64,000 nucleotides of DNA from an uncultured Ignavibacteriaceae bacterium (lineage in GTDB: Bacteria; Bacteroidota; Ignavibacteria; Ignavibacteriales; Ignavibacteriaceae): the NCBI GenBank assembly GCA_964613805.1, contig CAZTJF010000004.1, positions 51,070 through 115,069 of the forward strand. Reading direction: 5' to 3'. Numbering within the stretch: position 1 is the stretch's first letter; each line of letters opens with the position of its first letter. The notes under the pieces are model-generated. The model made no database searches. It had not been told where the DNA came from and saw only the letters and a program-made list of their open reading frames with translations. Shown here in pieces: positions 16,709-27,400 of this stretch. Position numbers and translations under genes: made by a program.

Positions 16709-19700
16709 TTACTTGATTATCACCATCTTCCTGCTTTTAATAAATCCCTTTGCAGAAAGTTGATAGACATAAACTCCGCTTGCAAGATAGTTTGCGTTAA
16801 AATCAATTGAATATCTGCCCGCAGGTTGAAACTCATTAACCAAAGTTTTTACTTCACGACCAAGAATATCATAAATCTTTAACTCGACTTTAGTATCTGT
16901 TGGAATATCGTATTGAATTTTGGTTGTTGGGTTAAAGGGATTGGGATAATTCTGATAGAGCGAATAATCAGTTGGAATAATTTTAGACGAAAGAATATTC
17001 TCTTTATTATTCCTTGCTCTTATAAGTGCATTTAGTTTTGTTCTATAATCGTTTGCATCTTTGGCTGATAAATCCATCCCGCTTACTTTACTCATAGCTG
17101 TATTTCCGCTATCCAAAAGCGATGTTGTGAGTATGTCTATTGCAGCAAAGAACGCTTCCTCACTATTCGGATTCTGAGTAATAACTTCACCAAAATTATT
17201 TATTGCCTGAACGTAATCTTTCTTTGCAACTAAACAAAGATCACTCAAGTGTTTTACTATTTTTAGCATTAAGGTATCTTGAATTGATTGTAATTTGTTG
17301 TCATAGAAACTTTTTAATTCAGAAAAAGTTGAAGCTAAAGTATCAGTTAATTTTGATATGGTGTAAAGTTTAGTGTATGCTTCAATGCTTTTTCTATCCG
17401 AACCATTCGTTTGAATTATTCCATAATAAACTTGTTTTGCTTCGGTAAAATTACCAATGTAAAAATGTTTTGAAGCTAAAGCGTAAGCTTCGGAAATTGA
17501 ATCTGCTGATACAGCTAATCCTAAAGAATAGATGGTATCAATAACAGTTTCGCCTTTACTGTCCTCAATCAGTACAAAATCCCCGTCGCTTTGTTTAGTG
17601 CATGGTTCATTATTATATGGCTCGAAATTAACTTCAACATCGCTCTCAATCCTATGAGATGGATCGTTGCCATATCTTGGATGATTTCCCCAATAATTAT
17701 AATTAGCTCGAATTGGGCTGCGTGTCCTTTCACTAAAGAAAAGAATACGCGTGTTTAAGCCAGGCTGCTCTATTCTGTTGTCGGCAATGGTATTGCAGCC
17801 GTAACCAAGAAGGATATCAGCATCAAACATATGAATTTCTGCCCCATTGTAAAGATTAGCATCGCCATTTTCAAATATTTGATTCAGACCGGATATTGGA
17901 AATACTTTTACTGTCTCCTCTCTTTTTATCATACCTTCTGATAAATCAGGTATTGAACCACTCGATATATATAAGCCGGCTGCTTTATTATCTGTAATAA
18001 TATTTTGCCCGATTTTAGGACTTGAATTACCGAGATCGATTCCTTTTTCAAAACGAGTAATATGATTTAGACGATATATTCCATCGCTGGAGTTTGAAAA
18101 TATTCCAGATTCTGCTGTACCACGATTATTCAGTATTTGTATTAGATTGTCAGCAATATATGGATTTGCTACTTGCAAAAGTTGTATACCAAAATCATAG
18201 TCATTGATGGTATTACTTTCTATTGCTGCTTCGGATCCATTCATTAATATTATAGCACTTGTTTTTTCATTTTCGCTTACAGGTTTCGGCGATGTTATAA
18301 TATTTTTTTTGATGATAGGAAAAATATTCTGAAAGTCATTAAAATAAATACCTTCAATACAATTATTGATTTGGTTGTTTTCGATAATAAAATTACCGGA
18401 TACGATAGGGTTTTCAGATGATTTAAAATCTCTCCCACAGGAAATACCATAATCAAAATTTGATATGATGCAATCTGAAATATTAACATTTTTACAATTA
18501 AGGGTAGAAATGCCGCGAGAATCATCTATAGGCGCTTCTTTAAATAATGTTACATTTTCTATTTTAAGATTATTTACGCTGAAAACTTGAATCCCCCGCT
18601 TATAATTATCGCCTCTTATTATAGAATTTTTTATAATGACTTCATGACTGTTTGGAGAAACTTTTGTATCTAAATATAATCCTTTGGACATATCATTGAA
18701 CTCGACATTATCTATATTTATAGAGGCAATGTTACTTGCATGAGTTTTTATTTCGATAATATATACCCTATTAATTATAGCATTAGTTAACTCAACATAA
18801 TTTGCATCGCTAATCGTAATAGAAGAATTAAAATTGTTCGAGTTAATCCGTATCTTAATTGATTCCGTTCCAACTGCATAAAGCTTATGTTTTATTAGCA
18901 GTTTACTCGTGTCATTAAAAAAGAGCACTGCTCCGGCAGCAATGGTTAAGCTATCTGTACTTAGAGATGATTTATTATTGAAACGCAAATGCTCCCCGGT
19001 ACCAACTGTTAAATTTGTTGCTGTTAGATAGCTGTTATTATAAAAATTAAAAGTGCCATTAGCTATTAGAACATTTGCAGTATCAAATTTGGAATTTGAA
19101 AATCCATAAAAGTTAAGTACTGCTTCGTTTTCAATTTCGAGTGTCCCATCTATTTGAAGCGAGGCATTTCTTCTAAAATTTACTATTGCATCGTGTGGTA
19201 TAGTTAATTTTATTCCTTCGGGTACGATAAGTTTACCGTAGATATCTCCGCTTGTAATAGTTGTATCTTGTGTAAGTATTTTAGTTACTTGTGCTGGGAG
19301 TATTCTGGTTAGGGGGTCACCAACTATTACATTCTGCCAAGCTAAATATTTCATGCCCATATACACAGCATCGACATAATTGTAACCAATAGCATATGCT
19401 GGCATAAATATATTGTTATATATTACTCCACTTGGACCATAAGATGGTACTGGCTCCCAGGCATGTCCCATCATTCCTGTCCCGCCAATTTGAGTAAATT
19501 GAGTTGCCAAACCCTGTGTACGATTATTTTGATACGACGAACATGGAGCTATCCAACGCCACTTTAAAACCCCAATACTGTTTCCATTAAAACTTTCGAG
19601 TGAGTTGAAAACTGCACCAGGGGCAAATTGAAAATATTGTAGGGAATCTTTAACCCAGTTTGAATCTGTAAATGCACAATTGTCATCTTCTGCATGCGTT

Positions 19701-20656
19701 CCCCAGGATGAATAACCGATTACCGAACCATCATTATGTGTTATCCATTTCCCATCGTTATTCCAATTAACATTAAAACCAAGAGCTTCGAGCTTATTCT
19801 TTGCATCTGTAAAGAAAGAATAATGATATGTGGATGGAATATCATCATCATCTAAAACCCAGGTAGCAGTTCCGGTAGTGTCAGCATTTTTTGAACTATC
19901 AATTATTCCTTTAACTATTTCAAAACTTAATCCATCCAAATGTGAAACAAGGTAAGATAATTTAATCGTATCTGTTCCCATTATTTTCATAAAGCGATCA
20001 GGTAAGAATCTGTAATCCAATGTAAAATTTTTATCGGAATCAAAGTACGGATTATTTATTTTAGGTTGATAATTTACGGCATCAAATAAAGTTTGGAGTA
20101 GAAAAGTATCATAATTTGAAGTATTTAAAATTGATAATAAACCATCAACTGTTAAATTGCCAGGTAACGCTTGCCAATCGCTTCCTGCTTGAATTTTATA
20201 TGGGACTCCTTTACAAAGGACGATGTACCTTATTGTTGAAGTTAGGTTATGAGATGTTATCCAATTGCGGATTGGTGTGGATACGTTATTCAGAAAATAT
20301 ACCCAGGCATGACGATTCGCTCCAGTCCAAGGCAATATATTTTTAGAGCTGTCTTGAATAATGTCTCCATTTTGTGCAATGATAACTCTGTGTGTGCTGC
20401 CGTCTATTGTAATTGTTTGTGAAGTTAAAGAATTTAAAGGGCAAATATTTACCGCTGGTATGCCGCGGGCGAGCCGGTAGTATTCCTTCACTGAATCAGA
20501 AACAGCTCCTAAAGTATCTGTTGGATCAGATTGCACCTTATATACCACTAATATGTTTTCTGGACCTGGGATTCCAGCATAAGTGGGTATCTGTTGTGCT
20601 TCTATAAAATTGTTACAATAAAGAAGCAGCAAAACAAAAAGTAAAAAATTTTTCAT
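16709..20656 (-). CDS. Very large secreted protein: N-terminal unknown domain + right-handed beta-helix repeats + helical region + T9SS CTD
   Basis: Signal peptide present. The central region has repeated N/I/G-rich turns typical of parallel beta-helix proteins (NLKIENVTLF, NVNISDCIISNFDYGIS, IIENNQINNCIEGIY). The C-terminus is a T9SS sorting domain (LYQNYPNPFNPTTKIQYDI ... GVYVYQLSAKGFIKSRKMVIIK). Confidence 0.75.
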   Translation of the reverse strand: MKNFLLFVLLLLYCNNFIEAQQIPTYAGIPGPENILVVYKVQSDPTDTLGAVSDSVKEYYRLARGIPAVNICPLNSLTSQTITIDGSTHRVIIAQNGDIIQDSSKNILPWTGANRHAWVYFLNNVSTPIRNWITSHNLTSTIRYIVLCKGVPYKIQAGSDWQALPGNLTVDGLLSILNTSNYDTFLLQTLFDAVNYQPKINNPYFDSDKNFTLDYRFLPDRFMKIMGTDTIKLSYLVSHLDGLSFEIVKGIIDSSKNADTTGTATWVLDDDDIPSTYHYSFFTDAKNKLEALGFNVNWNNDGKWITHNDGSVIGYSSWGTHAEDDNCAFTDSNWVKDSLQYFQFAPGAVFNSLESFNGNSIGVLKWRWIAPCSSYQNNRTQGLATQFTQIGGTGMMGHAWEPVPSYGPSGVIYNNIFMPAYAIGYNYVDAVYMGMKYLAWQNVIVGDPLTRILPAQVTKILTQDTTITSGDIYGKLIVPEGIKLTIPHDAIVNFRRNASLQIDGTLEIENEAVLNFYGFSNSKFDTANVLIANGTFNFYNNSYLTATNLTVGTGEHLRFNNKSSLSTDSLTIAAGAVLFFNDTSKLLIKHKLYAVGTESIKIRINSNNFNSSITISDANYVELTNAIINRVYIIEIKTHASNIASINIDNVEFNDMSKGLYLDTKVSPNSHEVIIKNSIIRGDNYKRGIQVFSVNNLKIENVTLFKEAPIDDSRGISTLNCKNVNISDCIISNFDYGISCGRDFKSSENPIVSGNFIIENNQINNCIEGIYFNDFQNIFPIIKKNIITSPKPVSENEKTSAIILMNGSEAAIESNTINDYDFGIQLLQVANPYIADNLIQILNNRGTAESGIFSNSSDGIYRLNHITRFEKGIDLGNSSPKIGQNIITDNKAAGLYISSGSIPDLSEGMIKREETVKVFPISGLNQIFENGDANLYNGAEIHMFDADILLGYGCNTIADNRIEQPGLNTRILFFSERTRSPIRANYNYWGNHPRYGNDPSHRIESDVEVNFEPYNNEPCTKQSDGDFVLIEDSKGETVIDTIYSLGLAVSADSISEAYALASKHFYIGNFTEAKQVYYGIIQTNGSDRKSIEAYTKLYTISKLTDTLASTFSELKSFYDNKLQSIQDTLMLKIVKHLSDLCLVAKKDYVQAINNFGEVITQNPNSEEAFFAAIDILTTSLLDSGNTAMSKVSGMDLSAKDANDYRTKLNALIRARNNKENILSSKIIPTDYSLYQNYPNPFNPTTKIQYDIPTDTKVELKIYDILGREVKTLVNEFQPAGRYSIDFNANYLASGVYVYQLSAKGFIKSRKMVIIK

Positions 20657-20667
20657 ATTATCTCCTT

Positions 20668-23229
20668 CTATTTAATTAGTATTAGTTTTTTTGTAGCGGT
20701 GTATCCGCTTTTTGTTGTCATTCGATAGTAATATATCCCCGAAGCATATTTTTTTAGATCAATCTCAATACTGTAAATACCTCTTTCTTTTTCTTCATTA
20801 AGTATTTCTTTAATTTTTTCTCCAGTCATTGAGAAAAGTTCTATTTTCACTGAAGTCCTTTGGGGAACGGTAAATGAAATATTGGTATGAGGGTTTGCCG
20901 GATTTGGGTAGTTTTGTGTTAAAACAAAATTATTAACTAGAATTTGTATTGAAACAACTTCTGAAAATTTATTGCTGCCATCAAAATCTATTTGCTTTAT
21001 TTTATAATGAAGTTGTTCACTTTCAATTTTAAAGTCACTGAAGGAATAATTTCTAATTTCTGTACTTGTTCCAGCTCCATGAAGAAAACCAATTTTTTCC
21101 CAATTTTGTAAATCAGAAGATTTCCAAATTTCAAAACCATAATTGTTGACTTCACTTGCTGTTGACCAGTTTAATTCAATTTTATTTAAGGAATACCTCG
21201 CAGTGAGTTGTGTAAGTTCTACGGGTACATAGGTTGTGTCGAAATATTTCAATATCAGTCCATAACCGCTTACTGCATATCCAATATATTCGATTGGAGA
21301 ATGAAACTGTCCAAAAATAGCAGGCAACTCTCCACTTATTTCTTCCCAAGAATTTCCATTATCGGTGGTTTCAAAGACTTGACCCATAGACCATCCATTC
21401 GAAATCCAATGATATTTATTCGGAAAAGCATGAATATTATATGATGTTTCGATTCTTGTTTCTCTTTGCCAACTAATGCCACCATTTGTTGTTTTATAAA
21501 GATCATGACTACCGGTATTTGTCATATCAACTGTGACAAATCCTGTATCAATTGATGTGAAATATATGTTTCTATTAAAATAAAGCTGCACATCTGTTCT
21601 CTGAATCCAATTCGTACCACCATTTGTAGTTTGCCAAATGTATCTGCTTGTTGCCCAGCCGTTGAGCGAGTCTATGAAGTATATGCTTGTAAATGAATCT
21701 ATAGATAAATCTTCTAACTGCTCAAACCAATTCTCCCCGCCATCTGTAGTTTTTAATATCTTTCCTTTTGTCCCAGGAGACCATCCAGTTGCTGCCCAAC
21801 CAGTCGTTTGGTTAGTAAAAAATATTTTATAAACAGTGCCTATCGTATCGCTAGTATTTGTTACGTACCAATTTACCCCACCATTTATTGTTTTATAAAT
21901 TCTTACTTGATCAACGTCACCGGTATAAGTTGTACCAATAAATCCGATAGCATCGTCGGTAAAAACAATATCGTTACCGCCTGGTGCACCAGAGACTATT
22001 TCCCAACTAACTCCGCTATCTTCCGTTTTAAATAACTGTCCATACGGCCCAGAACTAATTGCAAATCCTTTTTCTGCGCTTACAAAAAACACATCGGTAA
22101 AGTTTTCGTTAATTATTAGTTTTCTCCAGCTATCAAGGTTTCCTTCTGCCTTAAAAATATTTAGTGCAGTTCCAGCACTGTAACCTATCTTCCCAGACAT
22201 ATCTTTTAAAAACTGTAATTCATAATTATCACTTATTCCTCCAATGGGTGTCCATTCCTGCCCTCTATTGGTCGTTTTACGCGCAGATACATTGGTCATT
22301 ACCAAATAACCTGTATCTGGATTTACATATTGTATACAGTTTACAGATTCAAGATTTAAAGTCCCACCGTTAATCCAGGTATTCCCTCCATCACTGCTGT
22401 AAATGTTTTTTGCCGGATAACTTGTTCCTCCATAACCAGCCGCTGCTATGTGTAAGCTGTCTATTACATCTAAGCAAAAAAGTGGAGCGCTGTCTCCAGC
22501 TTGTAGTACTTCCCAATTAGTTCCTCCGTCTGTTGTTCTCAATACATTTCCATTTGCTGCTATAAAACCATAACTCTCAGTAAAAAAATCTATCCACCAA
22601 TAATCAGAGGTATAGCTGGGTGTAAATATTCTTTGCCACGTTAATCCACCATCAGTCGTTTTAATCAGTGAGTTTGCAGTGCCGCAAGCCCAGCCAAGTG
22701 TATCATTCAGCATTTGCAAACCCCAAAGATCACCATTAACTCCGCTTGCAACTTGTGTAAATGTTTCCCCGCCATCTGTTGAGTGGAGTATCAAACCGTT
22801 GTAACCACTCGCAATAACAACTGCTCCATTAAAACTTCGTACTTTAAGTATTGGTGTTGTAGTTTGTGAGTTAATGTTTAGCCAGCTTTCTCCGCCATCA
22901 GTAGATTTAATCAGCGTACCATTAGCCCCACAAGCCCAGCCTGTGTCTTTATTGATGAAGTGTATTCCGAGGTAATCAACTCTTGGCACTTTGGGATTTA
23001 GTTCTGTCCAAACACCGGTTCCGGTTTGTACAGTTTTTAACGGCATGAGAGAAGGGTCGTATTCGGGAAGGTTTATATGGTTGCGATAATCGGGGCGCTT
23101 GATACTTGTATCTGGATACTGCCCGCTGCTATGTGGGATGCCAACCTTCGGTTGGTAAATTTGTGGAAATGCAATAACTGCAAATGTGCAAAACAACAAC
23201 ATGAAAATTCTGTAACAAAGTTTCATCAA
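20668..23229 (-). CDS. Secreted BNR/Asp-box repeat protein (tandem beta-propellers) with T9SS CTD
   Basis: Twelve Asp-box-like motifs (STDGGESW, STDGGETF, TTDGGLTW, TTDGGTNW, SSDGGNTW, TTNRGQEW, TEDSGVSW, TINGGVNW, TTDGGENW, TTNGGTNW, TTNGGISW, TTDNGNSW). The C-terminus is a T9SS sorting domain (LTQNYPNPANPHTNISF ... LILIK). Only 11 nt separate it from the downstream gene on the same strand. Confidence 0.8.
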   Translation of the reverse strand: MMKLCYRIFMLLFCTFAVIAFPQIYQPKVGIPHSSGQYPDTSIKRPDYRNHINLPEYDPSLMPLKTVQTGTGVWTELNPKVPRVDYLGIHFINKDTGWACGANGTLIKSTDGGESWLNINSQTTTPILKVRSFNGAVVIASGYNGLILHSTDGGETFTQVASGVNGDLWGLQMLNDTLGWACGTANSLIKTTDGGLTWQRIFTPSYTSDYWWIDFFTESYGFIAANGNVLRTTDGGTNWEVLQAGDSAPLFCLDVIDSLHIAAAGYGGTSYPAKNIYSSDGGNTWINGGTLNLESVNCIQYVNPDTGYLVMTNVSARKTTNRGQEWTPIGGISDNYELQFLKDMSGKIGYSAGTALNIFKAEGNLDSWRKLIINENFTDVFFVSAEKGFAISSGPYGQLFKTEDSGVSWEIVSGAPGGNDIVFTDDAIGFIGTTYTGDVDQVRIYKTINGGVNWYVTNTSDTIGTVYKIFFTNQTTGWAATGWSPGTKGKILKTTDGGENWFEQLEDLSIDSFTSIYFIDSLNGWATSRYIWQTTNGGTNWIQRTDVQLYFNRNIYFTSIDTGFVTVDMTNTGSHDLYKTTNGGISWQRETRIETSYNIHAFPNKYHWISNGWSMGQVFETTDNGNSWEEISGELPAIFGQFHSPIEYIGYAVSGYGLILKYFDTTYVPVELTQLTARYSLNKIELNWSTASEVNNYGFEIWKSSDLQNWEKIGFLHGAGTSTEIRNYSFSDFKIESEQLHYKIKQIDFDGSNKFSEVVSIQILVNNFVLTQNYPNPANPHTNISFTVPQRTSVKIELFSMTGEKIKEILNEEKERGIYSIEIDLKKYASGIYYYRMTTKSGYTATKKLILIK

Positions 23230-23370
23230 ATTCTCCGTAAGTTTTAATCAATTGTTAAAAAAGTAGTGAATTAAAACTGCGAAATCAAGAATTATTTTTA
23301 TCGAAAAAGAAATTAGTGTTAAAAGATCATAGTTAATCCCGAGCGGTCATCATTAAAAATAAAGCACAGA

Positions 23371-23814
23371 TCATTTCCCAAATGTTCTTAATATTTTCTT
23401 CCATACCCCGCTTCCTACCATGTTGTTGGCATTTGCAAGTATGGTTTTAACAAGCACCAAAATATCCTTTTCACCCGCCCAATTTCGCCTAACTATTTGT
23501 GGATCAACTTCATTAATGATGTCATTAAGAATGTACGCGGTAAGTGCTATGTCATCGAGGTAGCCAACCGGTCCTAAAAGCATCTCGGGAAGGAAATCCA
23601 ATGGCGAAATAAAGTAAGCAATTATTCCCGCAAGCTTTACTTTTTTACTTGCAGGTACATCGGGGTCAATTGCCAGCTTTGTGAGAAGATGGAACAGATC
23701 AGGTGCAAGCATAATATATTCTGTCCAAGTGTTTTTGGAGTCAGTTTTTTGATTGAGCCATTTTTTTATATCAGCCCTAATTTTTTGATAGAAGTCTTTT
23801 TTCTGTTCATCCAT
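23371..23814 (-). CDS. DUF1232 (YkvA-like) membrane-associated protein
   Basis: Core motif LAGIIAYFISPLDFLPEMLLGPVGYLDDIALTAYIL matches the DUF1232 pattern recalled from memory. Confidence 0.65.
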   Translation of the reverse strand: MDEQKKDFYQKIRADIKKWLNQKTDSKNTWTEYIMLAPDLFHLLTKLAIDPDVPASKKVKLAGIIAYFISPLDFLPEMLLGPVGYLDDIALTAYILNDIINEVDPQIVRRNWAGEKDILVLVKTILANANNMVGSGVWKKILRTFGK

Positions 23815-23904
23815 TAGTCAACCCTAAGATATGCTATTAGTTATTGAAATATTGTGCAAAATTATGGAATGTTTGTTAAACCTGCTCGTGAGGAATTTGA
23901 TGAA

Positions 23905-24033
23905 TTAAAACTTAGCTGCTAGTGCTATCACAATCATCAAAACTAAAAATGCTTCAATAAGCACCACCAAACTAAAGTGAGACAACTTATCCTGGGTGAT
24001 GGCGAATCGAGTAAAGAATCCTAAACTTAACAT
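23905..24033 (-). CDS. Possible 42-aa hydrophobic small protein (below ORF-track cutoff)
   Basis: Hand translation of the minus strand gives MLSLGFFTRFAITQDKLSHFSLVVLIEAFLVLMIVIALAAKF*. It has one predicted TM helix and lies 90 nt upstream of the DUF1232 gene on the same strand. No clear RBS. Confidence 0.25.
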   Translation of the reverse strand: MLSLGFFTRFAITQDKLSHFSLVVLIEAFLVLMIVIALAAKF

Positions 24034-24126
24034 TTGGCATAGTTTCTGTCTCTTTACTCTAAATGGACAGATAATGTTCAGTAAAAATTCAAATTTAAAA
24101 GGTTATTACTAATTCTGGAGATACTT

Positions 24127-24312
24127 ATGGATGAGATTTTACAGCAAATAATGAAAACAATCGAGCGAGAGTTTAAAGACGCATTGAACAATGGTTTACT
24201 TGATTCCGCTTCGATAGCCAACAAAATTCTGGATGTTCTGCTCGACAAAGAAGCCATTAAGGTTTCTGTTCCGGAACCAGCTTATGGCTGCTGCGAAAAT
24301 TTTGATGAATAA
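24127..24312 (+). CDS. Small acidic hypothetical protein (61 aa)
   Basis: The ORF has a GGAGA 7 nt upstream of its ATG. The sequence looks helical and acidic and ends in YGCCENFDE. I recognise no family. Confidence 0.35.
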   Translation: MDEILQQIMKTIEREFKDALNNGLLDSASIANKILDVLLDKEAIKVSVPEPAYGCCENFDE

Positions 24313-24460
24313 CTATTAAATTTCAAACTACAACTGCCACCACTAAATAATATCCAATTTATAAATTTTAGATGTTTTGGTATTTGAATTTGATTTTTGA
24401 AACTTATTTGGAATTTGTTATTTAACGATTGGCATTTCTTCGCAACCCCCGCTTCAAACA

Positions 24461-27400
24461 TTATTCTCCCAGCAATCCTTTTCTTATAGTTCTCTCCACA
24501 GCTTGTTTAAAATTTGCAAGGTTCACAGGTTTCTGGAAAATATAATCTATTCCCAACAATCCGTAATCATGAATTGCAGTTCTATCAATATCACCACTAA
24601 GTACTATTATTGGCGGCTTTGATTTCGATTCGAGCTTCTGAATTTCCTGAACAAGCCGTATTCCATTCATCTCAGGCATATTATGATCAGTGATAACAAG
24701 AGCTGGCGGAGATTTCTTTATTTTCTCCATCGCCTCTTTGCCGTTTGATGCAACTTCAACATTATAATCCGGGGTAATATTTTTTAGAATTTTTGAATAC
24801 AGCAGACGGTCAGTTTTGTTGTCATCTACAAGCAGAATAACTGCTGATGCAATCGGCAATGTAAATTTAAATGTGGAACCTTTACCCGGTTCACTCTCGA
24901 CCCAAATTAAACCCCCATGCTTTTGGATTATATCTTTTACGATAGTCAAACCCATTCCGCTTCCTTTTTCACCTGCTGTTCCATCCATTGTGAATTTACT
25001 GTCAATTGAAAAAAGTTTTTTCATGTCGTTTGATTTAATACCTAAACCGGTATCTGAAACTGAGAATTCCAAAAACCTTAAGCGCTGTGCAGGGCTGACA
25101 GAAATAGAGATAATGCCTTTAGGACTTGAAAATTTTATAGCATTAGAAATGAGGTTATTAAAAACCTGTAGAATCAAATTCTCATCAACAAAGATTTGAA
25201 GTTCTGTTGGAACCGATGTTTTTATTTCGATATTTTTTCTTAACGCAGCACCAGACAAAGAGTTAATAGATTTTTCAATTATTGGATAAGCGTAAGTTTT
25301 TTGGGGTTCAAATTGAACTCTTCCGGATTGCAATCTATTCCAGTCCAATAAAGAATTCACTAACGAAAGCATCGAGTTTGATGATTCTTGAATAAACCTC
25401 ACGTACTGGTTGCGTTCTTTCTCCGTTAATGTTTCGTCTTTCAACAGCAGTTCGGTAAAACCTAAAATAGAACTAAAAGGTGTGCGAAGATCGTGTGATA
25501 CAATGGAAAGAAATCTATCTTTAGTTTCATTAAGCTTAACAAGATCTTCCTTCGATTTTCTTAAATCATCTTCCACCTTTCTTCGAACACTAATATCACT
25601 TACTATTCCATACAACCTTTGCACTTTACCGGAATCATCTCGAACGAGATTAATTTTATTTCTTACCCAAACAATATTTCCATACTTATTGATAATTCTG
25701 AATTCAATTTCGGTAGAATTTTTAATGCGGCTTATTAACAGGTCTTTAATTTTTTGTTTGGCTAAATGAACATCGTCTGGCAAGATGATTTTAAAGAATA
25801 GTCTCTGATCACTGATGAACTCTTCTTGCGTATAACCGGTAATTTTCTGAACATTTGAGGAGTAGAATATTGGTTTCAGTTTATTCTTAAACTTTGAGTA
25901 AGTGAAACAGAAATCATCAATATTCTCAATCAAGCTTCTATATTTTTCTTCCGATTCACGAAGAGCTTGCTGGGACCTTTTTCTTTCGGAAATATCTCTG
26001 GTTATATAAACAAGATAATTTTTTCCTTCTAACTCAAATTCAGATACTGAAGCAGAGTAATATGTGGTGGTTCCATTCTCTTGTCTGCCAAGAAATTCAA
26101 ATTTGTCCGGTGCATCCATTTTTCTTCTAATAAGATGAAGATATTCAGAAATTCTTTTTACATCTTCATCAGCGACTAATTCGATAAAAGATTTGCCAAT
26201 TAAATCTTCTTTTCGAGGATATCCAAAGATTTTTACGAATGAATCATTCACTAAAATTATTTTGTTATTTGCTTCAATTGTTATTCCATCCACCGCTGAA
26301 TTCAGAAGTGCAAGCAGGAGATTAAAATCATGATTAAACTGCTTTAGTGAAGTAATGTTCTGAAAATAACCATTGTAAACACTCTCTCCATTTGATTCCG
26401 TGGTTCCCTGTAAAAATCCGGAAAGGAAAATCTTATTCCCATTTTTTAATACTAACGGAATTTCGATTTGTCTGTTAGTTTCAGATTCTGATGAAAGTTT
26501 TTCAAGTGTGTTATGTGATAGAAATTCCTGCTCAATCAAATCCGTAAGTGAATAGCTTGTAACCTCATCTTGAGAAATATTTAGAAGATCGAGAAGTGTC
26601 TGATTGGCATAAATGAATTTACCGTTCAGGTCTGTGGTAAAAATCATATTCCCTGATTGATGGATGATTTTGTCGAATTTTCCCTCAACATTTTTAAGCT
26701 GATTTTCGAGCCGAATTTTCTCTGAGATATCTTGGCACGTAACAACTATATATTCCTCTTGATTGTCTACCAAAGTAAACGATGCATGCAATATTCCTTC
26801 TTTACCGGTTGAATCAATAATATTAAAAGTACTCTCAGCACATTTTGATTTTGACAGCTCATTTTTAATATCATTAAAATAATTTGGTTCTGTAATTCCA
26901 ATCAAACGAATAAAGTATTTACCGGTCGCCTGAAATTCCGAATATCCAAAAAGATTTTGTGAACTTGTATTCCAATAAATAATTTTTCCTTCCTTATCTA
27001 TAACGAAGATAGGAAGGTTAATGTTATCCAAATAAGTCTTACTCTTTAGAATTTCTTGAATTTTAAGTTCTAATGTTTTTTGTGTCTTTATGAATCTGCG
27101 AATATCACTGAACCGAAAGAACAATAATTTTATTTTCTTTTCATCATCAAGAATAGGTTCGATTTCGCATTCGTAATCATGCGGGCGATTGCTGATATAC
27201 AATTGTATATTAAATTTACCTGCGGTGAGGTCTTCTTTTATAAGTTTGATTTGATCATTCAGTATGCTGCTTGTTTCTTTGGGGAAAAGACTGTTAAGGG
27301 TATACTTTTCAAATGGTGAAACTCTCCACGACAATTTTTTTATTTTTTTCCCGAATGAATATTTAATTTCACCTTCAGCATCAGTAATTAACAGAAGGTC

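Noticed and set aside
11000-23229. Possibility that the T9SS-cargo/cytochrome region is a mobile genomic island
   Set aside because: There is no integrase, transposase, tRNA target, flanking direct repeat or obvious compositional break. The hairpin clusters are not terminal inverted repeats of each other.
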